In this document: one piece after another, positions 29,201 through 38,845 of the stretch
Layout of the letters: every line of letters begins with the position of its first letter
Numbering within the stretch: position 1 is the first letter of the stretch
NCBI GenBank assembly: GCA_963691875.1
Contig: OY829846.1
Span: forward strand, 576,001-640,000
Length of the DNA: 64,000 nucleotides
Source: Aureliella sp.
GTDB taxonomy: Bacteria > Planctomycetota > Planctomycetia > Pirellulales > Pirellulaceae
Direction of reading: 5' to 3'
Position numbers and translations under genes: made by a program
The notes under the pieces: generated by a model
The model's database searches: none
What the model was told of the DNA's origin: nothing
The model's input: the letters and a program-made list of their open reading frames with translations, nothing else

Positions 29201-30365
29201 TAGAAGTACCAGAACTATAAACGTATCCACCTTGTGTGTATGTACTTCCGATCTGGGTTCCGGGCGCGGCAATTTGTACAGACTGATCTCCCCAGTGGGA
29301 ATAGCTAGCGAAGGCACCGCCTTCGTCGATTGCAGCAACAGTGATCACATTATCATGAACTTTACTGTACTCAGCTGGCCATGAGTTGAAATTCCCATCC
29401 ATATCAGAAGCGGGGATGTTTGAACGTGAATTGCCGGCAGCGACGACATAAAGCACTCCAGCGTTTTTTGCCCGTCCAATGGCGCTGGAGATAACCTGGC
29501 TACCGCCAACGTTTGTTCCAGCGTAGCCGTAGCTGTTGTTCGTGATTTTCGCACCGTTGTCCGTCGCATAGTCGATGGCGCGAGCCACGTCCGCGTTGGT
29601 GCCAGTCCCAATTACTTTTAATGACATCAAACTGGCGTTCCATCCGACTCCGGTTACTCCGATACTGTTATTCCCTTTTGCCCCAATCGTTCCAGCAACG
29701 TGAGTTCCGTGGCCGTTGGTGTCGGTCGGGTCGTTGTCGTCGTTCTCAAAATCCCATCCATAGAAATCATCGACGAAACCATTGCCGTCATCATCGATGC
29801 CGTTACCAGCAATCTCACCCGTGTTGGTCCAGATATTGTCGACCAAGTCAGGGTGCGTGTACTCGACGCCGGAGTCGATCACACCGACCACGATCGAAGA
29901 ACTGTCCGTACGGGTGTCCCAAGCCGACGGAGCGTTGATGTTCTCCATTCCCCATAGAACGCCATAGAATTGGTCGTTGGGTACCGCTGCAGATTCCATC
30001 CGGTAATTCGGCTCAGCGAAGTCGATTATTTCAAGGCCGTTGTAATACTCCACCAACTCCTCAACCGACTGTCCCGGCAGAACAGGAATCTCAAAGAGTT
30101 GCTGGTCAGAGCGAAAGCCTTCGCCAAGCGGCCCCGAGAGATACGCGTTGTCGACGCCGCGCTGCTCAACAAGATTTATCGGAGTCAACGAAGGAACATC
30201 AACATCATCATTAAAACGAACGACGACTTCAGACTGCGTGTAATCTGTGGGTTCTAGAACACTGAAGTCGACAAAGAAACCGGCCAATAAATGGCGGGAC
30301 TCAAGATGCTCAACATGGCGGAACAACCGACGGAGAGCACTTCGACGCTGAGATTTGCTGGACAT
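26220..30365 (-). CDS. Large secreted S8 subtilase with six Ig-like (Big_9/cadherin-like) repeats and a lectin-like C-terminal region
   Basis: RRL..VEHLESRHLLAG N-terminus; VIDSG, HGTHVAG, GTSMAAPHVAG triad; GAGGT RBS before ATG 30365. Confidence 0.93.
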   Translation of the reverse strand: MSSKSQRRSALRRLFRHVEHLESRHLLAGFFVDFSVLEPTDYTQSEVVVRFNDDVDVPSLTPINLVEQRGVDNAYLSGPLGEGFRSDQQLFEIPVLPGQSVEELVEYYNGLEIIDFAEPNYRMESAAVPNDQFYGVLWGMENINAPSAWDTRTDSSSIVVGVIDSGVEYTHPDLVDNIWTNTGEIAGNGIDDDGNGFVDDFYGWDFENDDNDPTDTNGHGTHVAGTIGAKGNNSIGVTGVGWNASLMSLKVIGTGTNADVARAIDYATDNGAKITNNSYGYAGTNVGGSQVISSAIGRAKNAGVLYVVAAGNSRSNIPASDMDGNFNSWPAEYSKVHDNVITVAAIDEGGAFASYSHWGDQSVQIAAPGTQIGSTYTQGGYVYSSGTSMAAPHVAGAAALLWAEQPSFTYLQIKDAILDNTRAEHLDRVGNGVLDLGAAMAAIAGGQNGAPTANDDTATVDEDNSIGISVLGNDSDPDGDILTVASFTNPSNGSVSNSNNVLTYTPNVNYNGSDSFTYTINDGNNNTATATVNVTINAVNDNPVANNDSVFTNENAAVSINVLSNDTDVDGDSLFVSALTNGSNGSVSNNNNGTVTYTPNNGFFGTDTFTYTVSDGVATDTATVTVTVNEVNDPPTANNDSATVNEDNSVAISVLSNDSDPDGDTLTVSSFTNPINGSVSNSNNVLTYTPNANYNGSDSFTYTINDGNGNNATATVNVTVNAVNDNPVANNDSATTLENTAVSVNVVANDNDVDGDALSVSGVSNPLNGSVTNNSDGTVTYTPNNGYVGSDTFTYTISDGSLTATATVSVTVNGVNDPPTAVNDSANVNEDSSVAVSVLNNDSDPDGDALTVDAFTNPSNGLVSNSNNVLTYTPNANYNGNDSFTYTISDGNGGSATATVNVTVAAVNDNPVAVNDSATTDQDNAITISVLANDTDIDGDSLSVSSATNPSNGTATVNNDGTITYSPAAGFFGSDSFNYTISDGAATDTATVNVTVNQASSGTTDIGVAGTAIDVTHVWKTVNLPMSFNNPVVVAGGSTRDGGHQGVVRVQNITSNSFQIRFQEWDYRDGNHTTENIGYLVVEAGTHTLADGTQIVADKVDLTNETFQTVTFGSSFSSAPLVIAQVQTVNDSAAVVERLRNINGDNFQMQMQEEEAADGIHATESVGYVAIDLGTGTSGDVFMNAVVSGDTVTHRDTTINFGSIGGSSSPVILSDMQKRDGRDTATVRHRAQTSTSVTVFIEEEASRDRELRHTTEVVGVLALESGTLVAESSKSFSYFGRGGDRGGSGEFDGMAAMQFAGIMLAGAHDRFEQSEQDAGVQADGALTDGLIEDADGMETTESATSPRYQVDFLTSAPADSPVSTDSVFGQLEDEELRWWQL
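27375..29025 (-). repeat. Six tandem ~93-aa Ig-like repeats in A-B-A-B-A-B order (boundaries approximate)
   Basis: A: P.TANxD..TVxED..NDSDPDGD..NSNNVLTYTPN.NYNG.DSF; B: NDNPVA.ND..NDxDxDGD..N.DGTVTYTP..G..G.D.F. Confidence 0.85.
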
Positions 30366-30803
30366 ACACATACCTCGGAGAACGAACAAGAAACTGAAGA
30401 GAAGAGTACTCCGTGCTAGACCGGGGGTGGACGACTGCACGAACCCCCAAATTTTGGACATGAAATTTTCGCAAATCAACTAGACGGCAAGCCAAACGTC
30501 TCGAAAAAGAGCGCAGGAATTCGACGACACACCCCAGACTCGGGAATAAAAGAACGGTATGGACGATTTTCTGATGCGGCGGGCGCTATTGCAAGCAATT
30601 AGCGAAATACAGTCGCTTTGTATCGCTGTTATTCAGCAGTCTTCTTTAAGCATAAAACGAGGTACATCAGATCGGCGCCTTTGAGTAATGTGAGTCTACG
30701 AGCGAAGTATGAACGTTGTATCGGAAAGACTCCAGAATCCAATTCACAAGTTCAAGCACTCTTGCACTCTCCTTGCCAAGACCGATTTCGATTCTGCTAA
30801 GCT

Positions 30804-32369
30804 ATGCAAATGGCAACGGGCAGCAGCCCTTTAACGCCTGGGATATATTTTGCTCTCGCTCCTTGGTTTGAATTCATGCTTCGTAGAACAGCTCTTGGTA
30901 CTTGTGCGGCGATCTTCGCGACGACGCGAAGCATTTCCGTTGGCTACGCGAATAAGGTCCAGCGCGAGATTCGAGTGACCCTGCCAGAGGCTCATAGAGG
31001 CACTCTAGAAATCGATAGGCGATTGTTGGATAGCTACGGCAAGTTGCCCGAGAGCGTCCGGCAATTTTACTTTGAGTCGAGAGCCCATTTCGCTGATACT
31101 CCGTCTGCGAGGTTCGAGGATGAGGAAATCACAAAGGCGGCAGCGAAGCAGAACATCGCCCTGATCGGCGGACCGATGCTTGGGGACCTACGCTCCGATG
31201 GTGTCACCGTTTGGCTGCGACCTGCTACCGCAGAACCACTCAGGATCGTTGTCGGTCACCGCAGTTTCGTCGTTCCCAAGCACCGACCTGGGCAGACGCT
31301 ACGGGTGTCTCTTAGCGGACTCACTCCAGATAAAAGGTACAACTACCAAGTTGTTTCAAATAACGTATTGGCCGAGGGCGCCTTCACGACCGCGCCTACA
31401 GCTAATGCGAAGGGTGTTTTCAGGCTGGCGTTCGGCTCTTGTTTTCACAAAATTGGATTGCACAACCCCAATCTTATCCGAGAGATTCTTGCACGTGACC
31501 CTCATGCGATGATGCTGCTCGGTGATATCGCCGTCGATGATCGCAACAACGAAGTCAATATGCATCGCGCCGATTATCAACTGCGTGATGTCTCGCGGCC
31601 GTGGAAAGAATTAGTTTCTCAGGTGCCCGTATATGCATCCTGGGACGACCACGACTACTTTGATAACGACCTCAGTGGAATCCCTCGCAGATACAACGCC
31701 GCCGATCGTGAGGCTGTTAGACAGGTATGGCGGGAAAACTGGAACAATCCAATCGCTGATGATGGGAGGAAGGGTATCTACTTCAACTCGCGGGTTGGTC
31801 CTGTAGAGATCGTGATGCTAGACACCCGTTCATGCAGGGACGGAACGCGTCGAAAGAAAAATGGATCTTACTTAGGCAAAGCACAGTTCGATTGGTTCAA
31901 GAAAACACTTGCCGAATCTACGGCTCCCTTCAAAGTACTCTCCAGCGGAACGATGTGGAGCGACTATGTGAGCAACGGCAAGGATTCTTGGGGCACATGG
32001 GACAAAGAAGTTCGCGAGGAACTATTTCAGTTCATCGAAGAGAAAGGCATTGGCGGGGTTTTGCTAGTAAGCGGCGATCGGCATGGTGCGCGAGGATTTC
32101 GAATCCCGCGTAAATTTGGCTTTAACTTTTACGAGTTCGAGCCTGCGACGCTCGGTGGAGTGTCAGGCCCGCCCGGCGTCATCAAGAATTGCAACGAACA
32201 GCTCTTCGGTTACCACGGCACGGATCCGCAAGGTGATGACTTCATCGCCTTTGGCGAGTTCACATTTGTGTTTGAACCCCAGCCTGCCGTCACCTTCCGT
32301 TTGATTCGCGAGACCGGTGAGATTCTGGAAGAACATCTTTTGAGCCTTGAGCAAATCACGCCCGGCTAA
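30804..32369 (+). CDS. PhoD-family alkaline phosphatase / metallophosphoesterase (start probably near MLRRTALG, Tat-like)
   Basis: AFGSC, LLGD, WDDHDY, MLDTRS, SGDRH. Confidence 0.88.
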   Translation: MQMATGSSPLTPGIYFALAPWFEFMLRRTALGTCAAIFATTRSISVGYANKVQREIRVTLPEAHRGTLEIDRRLLDSYGKLPESVRQFYFESRAHFADTPSARFEDEEITKAAAKQNIALIGGPMLGDLRSDGVTVWLRPATAEPLRIVVGHRSFVVPKHRPGQTLRVSLSGLTPDKRYNYQVVSNNVLAEGAFTTAPTANAKGVFRLAFGSCFHKIGLHNPNLIREILARDPHAMMLLGDIAVDDRNNEVNMHRADYQLRDVSRPWKELVSQVPVYASWDDHDYFDNDLSGIPRRYNAADREAVRQVWRENWNNPIADDGRKGIYFNSRVGPVEIVMLDTRSCRDGTRRKKNGSYLGKAQFDWFKKTLAESTAPFKVLSSGTMWSDYVSNGKDSWGTWDKEVREELFQFIEEKGIGGVLLVSGDRHGARGFRIPRKFGFNFYEFEPATLGGVSGPPGVIKNCNEQLFGYHGTDPQGDDFIAFGEFTFVFEPQPAVTFRLIRETGEILEEHLLSLEQITPG

Positions 32370-32580
32370 CATGCCCCTTGATGACACGACTTGAGAGCTT
32401 GGATGCGTAGTGTGTTCACTCGCTGAAGCTTTTTGAAGTTGCGCATTTTTCTGCCCAAGGATCTGCCGGATCGGACTTCGGATGACGCCCTCTTCCAAAC
32501 GAAGAGTTGTACGATCGACCAACAAAGGGCCTGTACCTCAGATGCGAAGTGTTGTGCACAAAGGCCATTCATTTACTTGG

Positions 32581-33249
32581 CTAGCAGCCATCGCAGAACG
32601 GAGATTGCCAGTTTTGCGAAATATTCCAATGTCCCAAGAGGCAGAAACTGAAGGCGGGGCTAAGAATTCTTCGTGCACGAATCCGCGATGAGATGTCAGC
32701 AGGAAAGCGATCGCGTCCACTTAGAATGCAGACCACTGCATTAAGTTGGGTTGCCATCTCGATTGCGACGATGCCGCCAAATGAAGCACTTCCGACGATG
32801 CAGCGGCATCGTGGATTGATATCCTTTGCAAGCCGGGCACAATAAGCAGCGAAGCACTTATCTACCACTGGGGCTTGACAAGGCAACACGATCGAACTCG
32901 AGACGAGAATCTGTTGTGGCAAGAGAATGGATCGTTTGGATCTATTGCTGAGAAGAAAACCAATAAAACTCGCCCTTCGGTGGCGTTCCAAGATTGTTGT
33001 ACCTCGCTTTCCCAGATCAAAAACTAACGGATTCTTATGCCAAGGGCTCGATAAAGACTGTTGACATCCAGATTGGCGGAGGACATAGGCACTGCAGTGG
33101 AGTAAAATCAGCCGCCTGAAGATCACTTCCGAAATCGTCTTCTCCGAGTGCCATTCACGATCTCGTTTCTGTTGCGGGAATCGCGAAGGCGGACAACACG
33201 ATAACCAGCAAGAGCGGCGGCCAAACCTCATTGGGTCATAATCAAGCAA
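32581..33249 (-). pseudogene. Degraded alpha/beta-hydrolase fragment
   Basis: YCARLA..I.P..RCIVGSASFGGIVAIEMA nucleophile-elbow segment inside an otherwise implausible ORF. Confidence 0.45.
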
Positions 33250-33285
33250 CGATCAAAACTTAGCAAGCATTGTCGGAGTCAGACG

Positions 33286-34443
33286 ATGAAAACTTCGAAT
33301 CTTTCAGGCCCAACTTTGAATCTAGGTATGAGCTTTGCTCTCGTACTAGCTTTGGTTGCTTTGCAGCTTGCTCCAAGCAGCTTGGCAAAAGACTGGTCCA
33401 TGGGCCGCGCTGACGCTACGGGTGCAGCGGCAACTGCTGATGCCCTGCCTGACAAAATCGACTTGCTTTGGGAATTAGAAATTGAGGGATTGGGTTTCGA
33501 TGCTGGCCCGATCATCGCTGATGGAAAGGTCTTCGCCAACGATCATGACGGTCGACTACTGGCCATCGACTTAGCGACTGGCGAAGAGGTATGGCGAAAA
33601 GAGTACGAAGCGGGCTTCGTAGCGACGCCGAGCTACAAAGACGGACTCCTCTTTGCAGCAGACTATGAAGGCGTACTTCATGCAATCGAAGTTGAGACGG
33701 CTGAGGAGAAATGGAGCTTTGAGTCCGGGGCCGAAGTGACGGGGAGCCCAGTCTTCTACGAAGAGTCTGTGGTGTTCACTTCGCAAAGTGGTTCTCTGTT
33801 TCGTCTTGATCGCAAGTCGGGTAAAGAAGTCTGGCGATATGAAACAGACGAGCCAATTCTTTGCGGGGCTTCGCTGGCAGGCGACATTACTTTTCTAGGC
33901 GGTTGTGACGAACAATTGCACGTGGTCGACCTGAAGACTGGTAAGCGAATTGGCGAACCAATCACGATAGGCCCAACTCAAAGCACCCCTTGTGCCGTTG
34001 CTGATGGCGTTCTAATTCCAACGCAAGGCGGTGAGATCTATCATTTCGCCGTCGGTAAGGAAGGTCACAACCTCGAGAAGCGATGGACCTTCAATGATCG
34101 AAAAATGGCGAGCGAGTTCCGAAGTTCGCTGGCTGTTGCTGATGGCATTGTCATTGCGACTGGGAGCAGCAAAAGAGTGTTTGCAGTCGATTTGAAGACA
34201 GGAGAGGTGTTGTGGCACAACATTCTGCGGCGTCGAGCATCGGCCTCGCCGATTATTGTTGCTGGCACTGCCATAGCGGCTACGACCGATGGTAATATTT
34301 ATCAATATGACCTGAAATCCGGGAAAGAACTGTGGCAGACACAATTGAAGGGCTCGTTTCTTGGAGCGCCTGCCGCTGCTGATGGTAAACTGGTGTTGCT
34401 GAATGATCGCGGAACGATCTTCTGTTTTGGCGAGAAGAGTTAG
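33286..34443 (+). CDS. Exported PQQ-like beta-propeller protein (BamB/AfsK-like repeats)
   Basis: Signal peptide; repeated L.A(I/V)D..TG...W motifs. Confidence 0.9.
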   Translation: MKTSNLSGPTLNLGMSFALVLALVALQLAPSSLAKDWSMGRADATGAAATADALPDKIDLLWELEIEGLGFDAGPIIADGKVFANDHDGRLLAIDLATGEEVWRKEYEAGFVATPSYKDGLLFAADYEGVLHAIEVETAEEKWSFESGAEVTGSPVFYEESVVFTSQSGSLFRLDRKSGKEVWRYETDEPILCGASLAGDITFLGGCDEQLHVVDLKTGKRIGEPITIGPTQSTPCAVADGVLIPTQGGEIYHFAVGKEGHNLEKRWTFNDRKMASEFRSSLAVADGIVIATGSSKRVFAVDLKTGEVLWHNILRRRASASPIIVAGTAIAATTDGNIYQYDLKSGKELWQTQLKGSFLGAPAAADGKLVLLNDRGTIFCFGEKS

Positions 34444-34507
34444 CCTGCTTTCGACTTTTCATCCTGCTGCATCGATCAAATTAGATTTACGAGCCATTTG
34501 AATAAGC

Positions 34508-35812
34508 ATGTCAACAGAGGCAACGAAGACTGACGTTGGAAGTTATTTCATCTCCAATTATCCGCCTTTCTCTCAGTGGAGGAAGGACAGTCTTGATGAA
34601 GTCGAACAAGCTTTAGCCAAGCCGCCGCGTGAAGTGCCGCTAGGACTATACCTGCACATTCCATTCTGCCGCAAACGCTGCAAGTTCTGTTACTTCAAAG
34701 TTTTCACCGGAAAGAATGCAAGCGAAATTGAAACCTATGTTTCGGCGTTGTGCAAAGAGATTGAGTTGGTTAGCCAGCAGCCTGTGATGGGCGAACGACC
34801 GTTTCGCTTCGTCTATTTCGGCGGTGGCACCCCGAGCTTCCTTGCACCCAAACAGCTAGATCGTCTGGTAGAACGGCTGCGTGCGAACATTAGTTGGGAC
34901 AAAGCCGAGGAAGTCACCTTTGAATGCGAGCCAGGCACTCTGAGCGAAGCGAAAGTCAAGAAACTTAAGGAGCTTGGCGTCACGCGATTGAGTCTTGGTA
35001 TTGAGAACTTCAACGACAAATTGCTCGAAGAGAACGGTCGAGCTCACTTATCCAAGGAGGTTTACCGGGCATGGGAATGGATCGCCGAGGCTGACTTCCC
35101 AAACGTGAACATTGACCTGATCTCGGGAATGGTTGGCGAGACGTGGGACAATTGGAAGTACAACGTTCAAAAGACGCTCGAATTGTCTCCTGAAAGCGTG
35201 ACCATCTATCAGATGGAGTTGCCTTTTAACACTGTGTATTCAGAGGGCATTTTGAAGGATTCTCAGGAGTCGCCAGTCGCCGACTGGCCAACAAAGCGAG
35301 CCTGGGTTCAATACGCTTTCGATGCATTTGCTGACGCGGGGTATGCTCAAAGCTCGGCATACACGATGATCAAGGATCCGTCCAAAGTCAGCTTTAGCTA
35401 TCGTGACAACCTGTGGAAAGGCTCCGATCTCCTCGCAACGGGAATTGCTTCTTTCGGTCACGTTTCCGGCGTTCACTATCAGAATCTGCCTGAGTGGAAT
35501 CAATACATCGGTTCACTGGAAGAAGGTAAGCTGCCTCTTGGACGTGCCTTCACACCTACCAAACAACAAGCTTTGATTCGCGAGCTCATTCTTTTACTCA
35601 AACGCGGCTACCTCGAGCTCGATTACTTCCAGGAAAAATTCAGCGTCGATGTTTGGCAGCAATACGACGAAGTGTGGAATGGCTACATCGAAGAAGGCTT
35701 CTTGAAACACGAAGGTAATCGAATCGAGTTGAGTCAAGAAGGCCTGCTCCGCGTAGACGGCCTATTGCCTGCCTTTTTCGAACCAGAACACCAGGGAGTT
35801 CGTTATACGTGA
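34508..35812 (+). CDS. HemN/HemW-like (class C) radical SAM protein
   Basis: YLHIPFCRKRCKFCYF, YFGGGTPS, RLSLG, NIDLISG. Confidence 0.9.
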   Translation: MSTEATKTDVGSYFISNYPPFSQWRKDSLDEVEQALAKPPREVPLGLYLHIPFCRKRCKFCYFKVFTGKNASEIETYVSALCKEIELVSQQPVMGERPFRFVYFGGGTPSFLAPKQLDRLVERLRANISWDKAEEVTFECEPGTLSEAKVKKLKELGVTRLSLGIENFNDKLLEENGRAHLSKEVYRAWEWIAEADFPNVNIDLISGMVGETWDNWKYNVQKTLELSPESVTIYQMELPFNTVYSEGILKDSQESPVADWPTKRAWVQYAFDAFADAGYAQSSAYTMIKDPSKVSFSYRDNLWKGSDLLATGIASFGHVSGVHYQNLPEWNQYIGSLEEGKLPLGRAFTPTKQQALIRELILLLKRGYLELDYFQEKFSVDVWQQYDEVWNGYIEEGFLKHEGNRIELSQEGLLRVDGLLPAFFEPEHQGVRYT

Positions 35813-36264
35813 GCGAACCCCTTATATTCATGATGGGCGAGTACGAAGCGCATTTCCCAACGGATCGACTCTATGCGAAGAACCACATGTGGGCGCGGCC
35901 TTACGACGAAGCATTCCGCTTCGGGCTGAGTGCTTACGCCGTTCGTTTGCTTCAAGACGTGTACTTTTTAGATGTTGGTATCGAGCCTGGCATGAGTCTT
36001 AGCCTGAAGCAAGAGATTGGTTCGATCGAGAGCAAGAAGGCGGAAAGTAGTCTGTATAGTCCAACCGCAGGGCAAGTTTCGCAGTTAAATGAGATGCTTT
36101 TAGAGGATCCGACACCGATTAACTTGGATAAGTATGGTGATGGCTGGATCTTCGAACTCGAATGCGGCCGTGAAGATCTGATTGATGCTGAGCAGTATTT
36201 GGAGCATCTTGAATCTGCATGGGAAGTCGCCCAACGCACAATTAAAGGACAAGCCAATGCCTGA
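35809..36264 (+). CDS. GcvH-like lipoyl-carrier protein
   Basis: Y.KNHMW, IESKKAESSLYSP..G, IN.DKYGDGWIF; GTGA overlap with the upstream gene. Confidence 0.85.
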   Translation: MSEPLIFMMGEYEAHFPTDRLYAKNHMWARPYDEAFRFGLSAYAVRLLQDVYFLDVGIEPGMSLSLKQEIGSIESKKAESSLYSPTAGQVSQLNEMLLEDPTPINLDKYGDGWIFELECGREDLIDAEQYLEHLESAWEVAQRTIKGQANA

Positions 36265-37363
36265 GCAAAATCAACGAGCTTCAGACTCTGTTGCTGAAAT
36301 GGTCGTTGTCATTTCGATAGGGCAAAGCCGTAACCCGCAGAAACGAGAACTCGAGAACTCAATCGCCGAGTCTGCGGCACAGTTGCCAGGTGTCAGGGTC
36401 CTTAAGATTCCGCACTTGTACGATTTGACTCCCAAAGGGGAATCCTTTCAGTTATTGCAAAATATCGAGTCAGATCTCGTAGTGGTCAGTTGGCTGTACG
36501 ATCGGGCCGCACACTGGGTCTTGGACCGCAATGACATTCGTGGACAAGTTGGCGAAGTAGAACTTCAGCTTGAAAATGATGAAGAAGACGAGTCGGAAGC
36601 CGAAGATGAACTCGCGGAAGACCGAGTGATTCTTGCTCAGCCGCGCCCCAATCGGACGATCTACTGCTTGAACTTTCGGGCGAGCACCGATTCGAAGGAT
36701 TTCACTGCTGAGATCCAACGAATCCTTGGGAAGAATGAGGTCGAACGGACGCCTCTGACACTCGAGATGTTACAGCGTTTCGAAGAACCTACTAATGACA
36801 CCTACGTTGGTGCATCAGAGGATGCAACTCTTTCGGCATCTCCAGCAGTTGCTTCGCTGTTTGGCTCGCAAAGTGTGACCTCGGTTGATGAACATCCGGG
36901 CCGTCGCTGGTACCCAGTCATTGACTTCAGTCGCTGCACAAACTGCATGGAGTGCATCGATTTTTGTCTATTCGGCGTGTATGGTGTCGACGCCAAGGAA
37001 ACCATCTTAGTTGAGCAAGCAGACAATTGCCGCAAGGGCTGCCCTGCTTGCAGTAGAGTCTGCCCACAAAACGCCATTATCTTTCCGCAACACAAGACGC
37101 CAGCAATCGCTGGCGCACCTGTTGACACTGGTGGCTTGAAAATTGATCTTTCAAAGCTCTTTGGGGCGCCCGAGACAGAAGAAGATGCAGCGGAAGTTGC
37201 CGCCCGAGAGCGTGATGAACAGCTAATCTTGGCTGGACGCGAGGCGGTTGGCAATGGAAACCTGGTTGAGAAACGTCTTTCAGAACGCGCTCAAGATCAA
37301 CCGCAATCCAAAAACGACGACCTCGACGGACTGCTTGATCAATTAGACGCCCTCGATCTGTAG
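36257..37363 (+). CDS. 4Fe-4S dicluster ferredoxin-domain protein with uncharacterised N-terminal domain
   Basis: CTNCMECIDFC and CRKGCPACSRVCP; start overlaps the GcvH-like stop. Confidence 0.85.
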   Translation: MPEQNQRASDSVAEMVVVISIGQSRNPQKRELENSIAESAAQLPGVRVLKIPHLYDLTPKGESFQLLQNIESDLVVVSWLYDRAAHWVLDRNDIRGQVGEVELQLENDEEDESEAEDELAEDRVILAQPRPNRTIYCLNFRASTDSKDFTAEIQRILGKNEVERTPLTLEMLQRFEEPTNDTYVGASEDATLSASPAVASLFGSQSVTSVDEHPGRRWYPVIDFSRCTNCMECIDFCLFGVYGVDAKETILVEQADNCRKGCPACSRVCPQNAIIFPQHKTPAIAGAPVDTGGLKIDLSKLFGAPETEEDAAEVAARERDEQLILAGREAVGNGNLVEKRLSERAQDQPQSKNDDLDGLLDQLDALDL

Positions 37364-38485
37364 TAAGACAGCTCATTTTGTAGCGGTCTCTTCCGGCTCC
37401 TCTCATTTGCGGATGAAATCGATCACGACAATTCTGCTTAGCAACGCGCTCTTGCCATACGTTCAAATTATCCCGCTACGGATTCGTCATGGGGCGTGGA
37501 AGGTATTGTTATGTCAACCGAAGGAATAGCCTGAAGAATGCCATCGCTTGCACATTCTTTTAAGCATTATTAGGTGCGGGTTAGGGCCTCAGGGTTGCAT
37601 CCTACTTTTCCCTGTAGCCCCATTCACGGCGTCTGCCTGCGTTCCGGCTGCACGGAATGGGTGAAGCGAACTGGAAGGCACTTGTGGTGTCATGGCAAAA
37701 TTGATGCACAACTAGTGCACTCGCTTGCTTTCTACAGAATGGAAAGGAACGGACGCTTTTTTATTTCACTATGAAACTGCCGGTCGATATCAATTTATCA
37801 AGTCATAGCACCGATACCTCGATTGCAAATCGTGTCGATCTCTCTGATCGAAATCAGCTCGAAACGATTGTGGACAGATTCACAAAAGCTCGATTGTCAG
37901 CGGAATCTTCAACTAAGCATTAACATCTAAGCAATGTTCTGATTTCGCGCAATCAATTTGATTTCAAAGTTAGCTCACTCAACAGGCAAACGGAATTCTC
38001 AGCCGCACCAGGTCCGACTCGAAAGAAGCCGTTTTGATTATCGGCACAGAAATTTCGGTGTTCTAAAAAATCGCAAAACGAGCGAACTAGTCGATCGACT
38101 CTTCGCTCCAGATTGACGTGTACACAGGATATGCTGCTGAAAGCATGCGCGCCGCGGGCCAGTTGCCTATTACCGATGTACCCAGCAAGCAACAGGTGAA
38201 TATGTGCAGTTTTCTGCCACAAGTGATAGCTTAATTCGATCGCTAAATTGAATTAGCGGGACTTTCAAAATCAAGCTTTGCGGATGTGCAAAATTGCGTA
38301 AAACAAATGGGCGGATTGTGCGCTGCGCTCAGATCCTCGCAGTCAATGTCCAAATCAAGCCGGCCCGACTAGGCGAAAAGCGCCGTGTATCCAGCGTTCT
38401 CGGCATCAAAACAAAGGCCTTCTAATCGCAGGTGGAAGAGGCCATGGAATCGATCCAAACTTCTGTTGGCTAGATCATTAGCCTT

Positions 38486-38845
38486 ATGAGCGACTTTGAG
38501 TCGGAAGCACCGGAGAGTAGCAGTCGGCTGCGAGAAGACGTTACGCAATTCTAAAATTCTCTTGCTCAGATGGAATCGCGTTCCAATAAGCTCAAGACGT
38601 CGATGGTGAGCACTTTTGAAATGGTCAACAGCAGCAAAGGGATTATCGAGAGATCACAAAACGCGCTATCTGCACTTCGGTTTTTCGCGCCGATGTTAAC
38701 GAATTTGCTGCATCTTGAGGATGATCTTAGGCAGTTGGACGCCAGCATTCAGACAGGGCAATGCGAGGTGGTTGATGCTTGACAGGAAGAATAGGAACAA
38801 TTGGCCGCGGTCGGACCTGTCTCGGGCGACGAGGAAATGTACTAG
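38486..38845 (+). pseudogene. Decayed coiled-coil-like gene with three in-frame stops
   Basis: MSDFESE..VTQF*NSLAQMESR...VVDA*QEE*EQLAAVGPVSGDEEMY*, one frame. Confidence 0.4.

Noticed and set aside
37364..38485. Genes or ncRNA in the ~1.1 kb gap
   Set aside because: Only short ORFs with no recognisable motifs and no convincing structure; probably decayed DNA.
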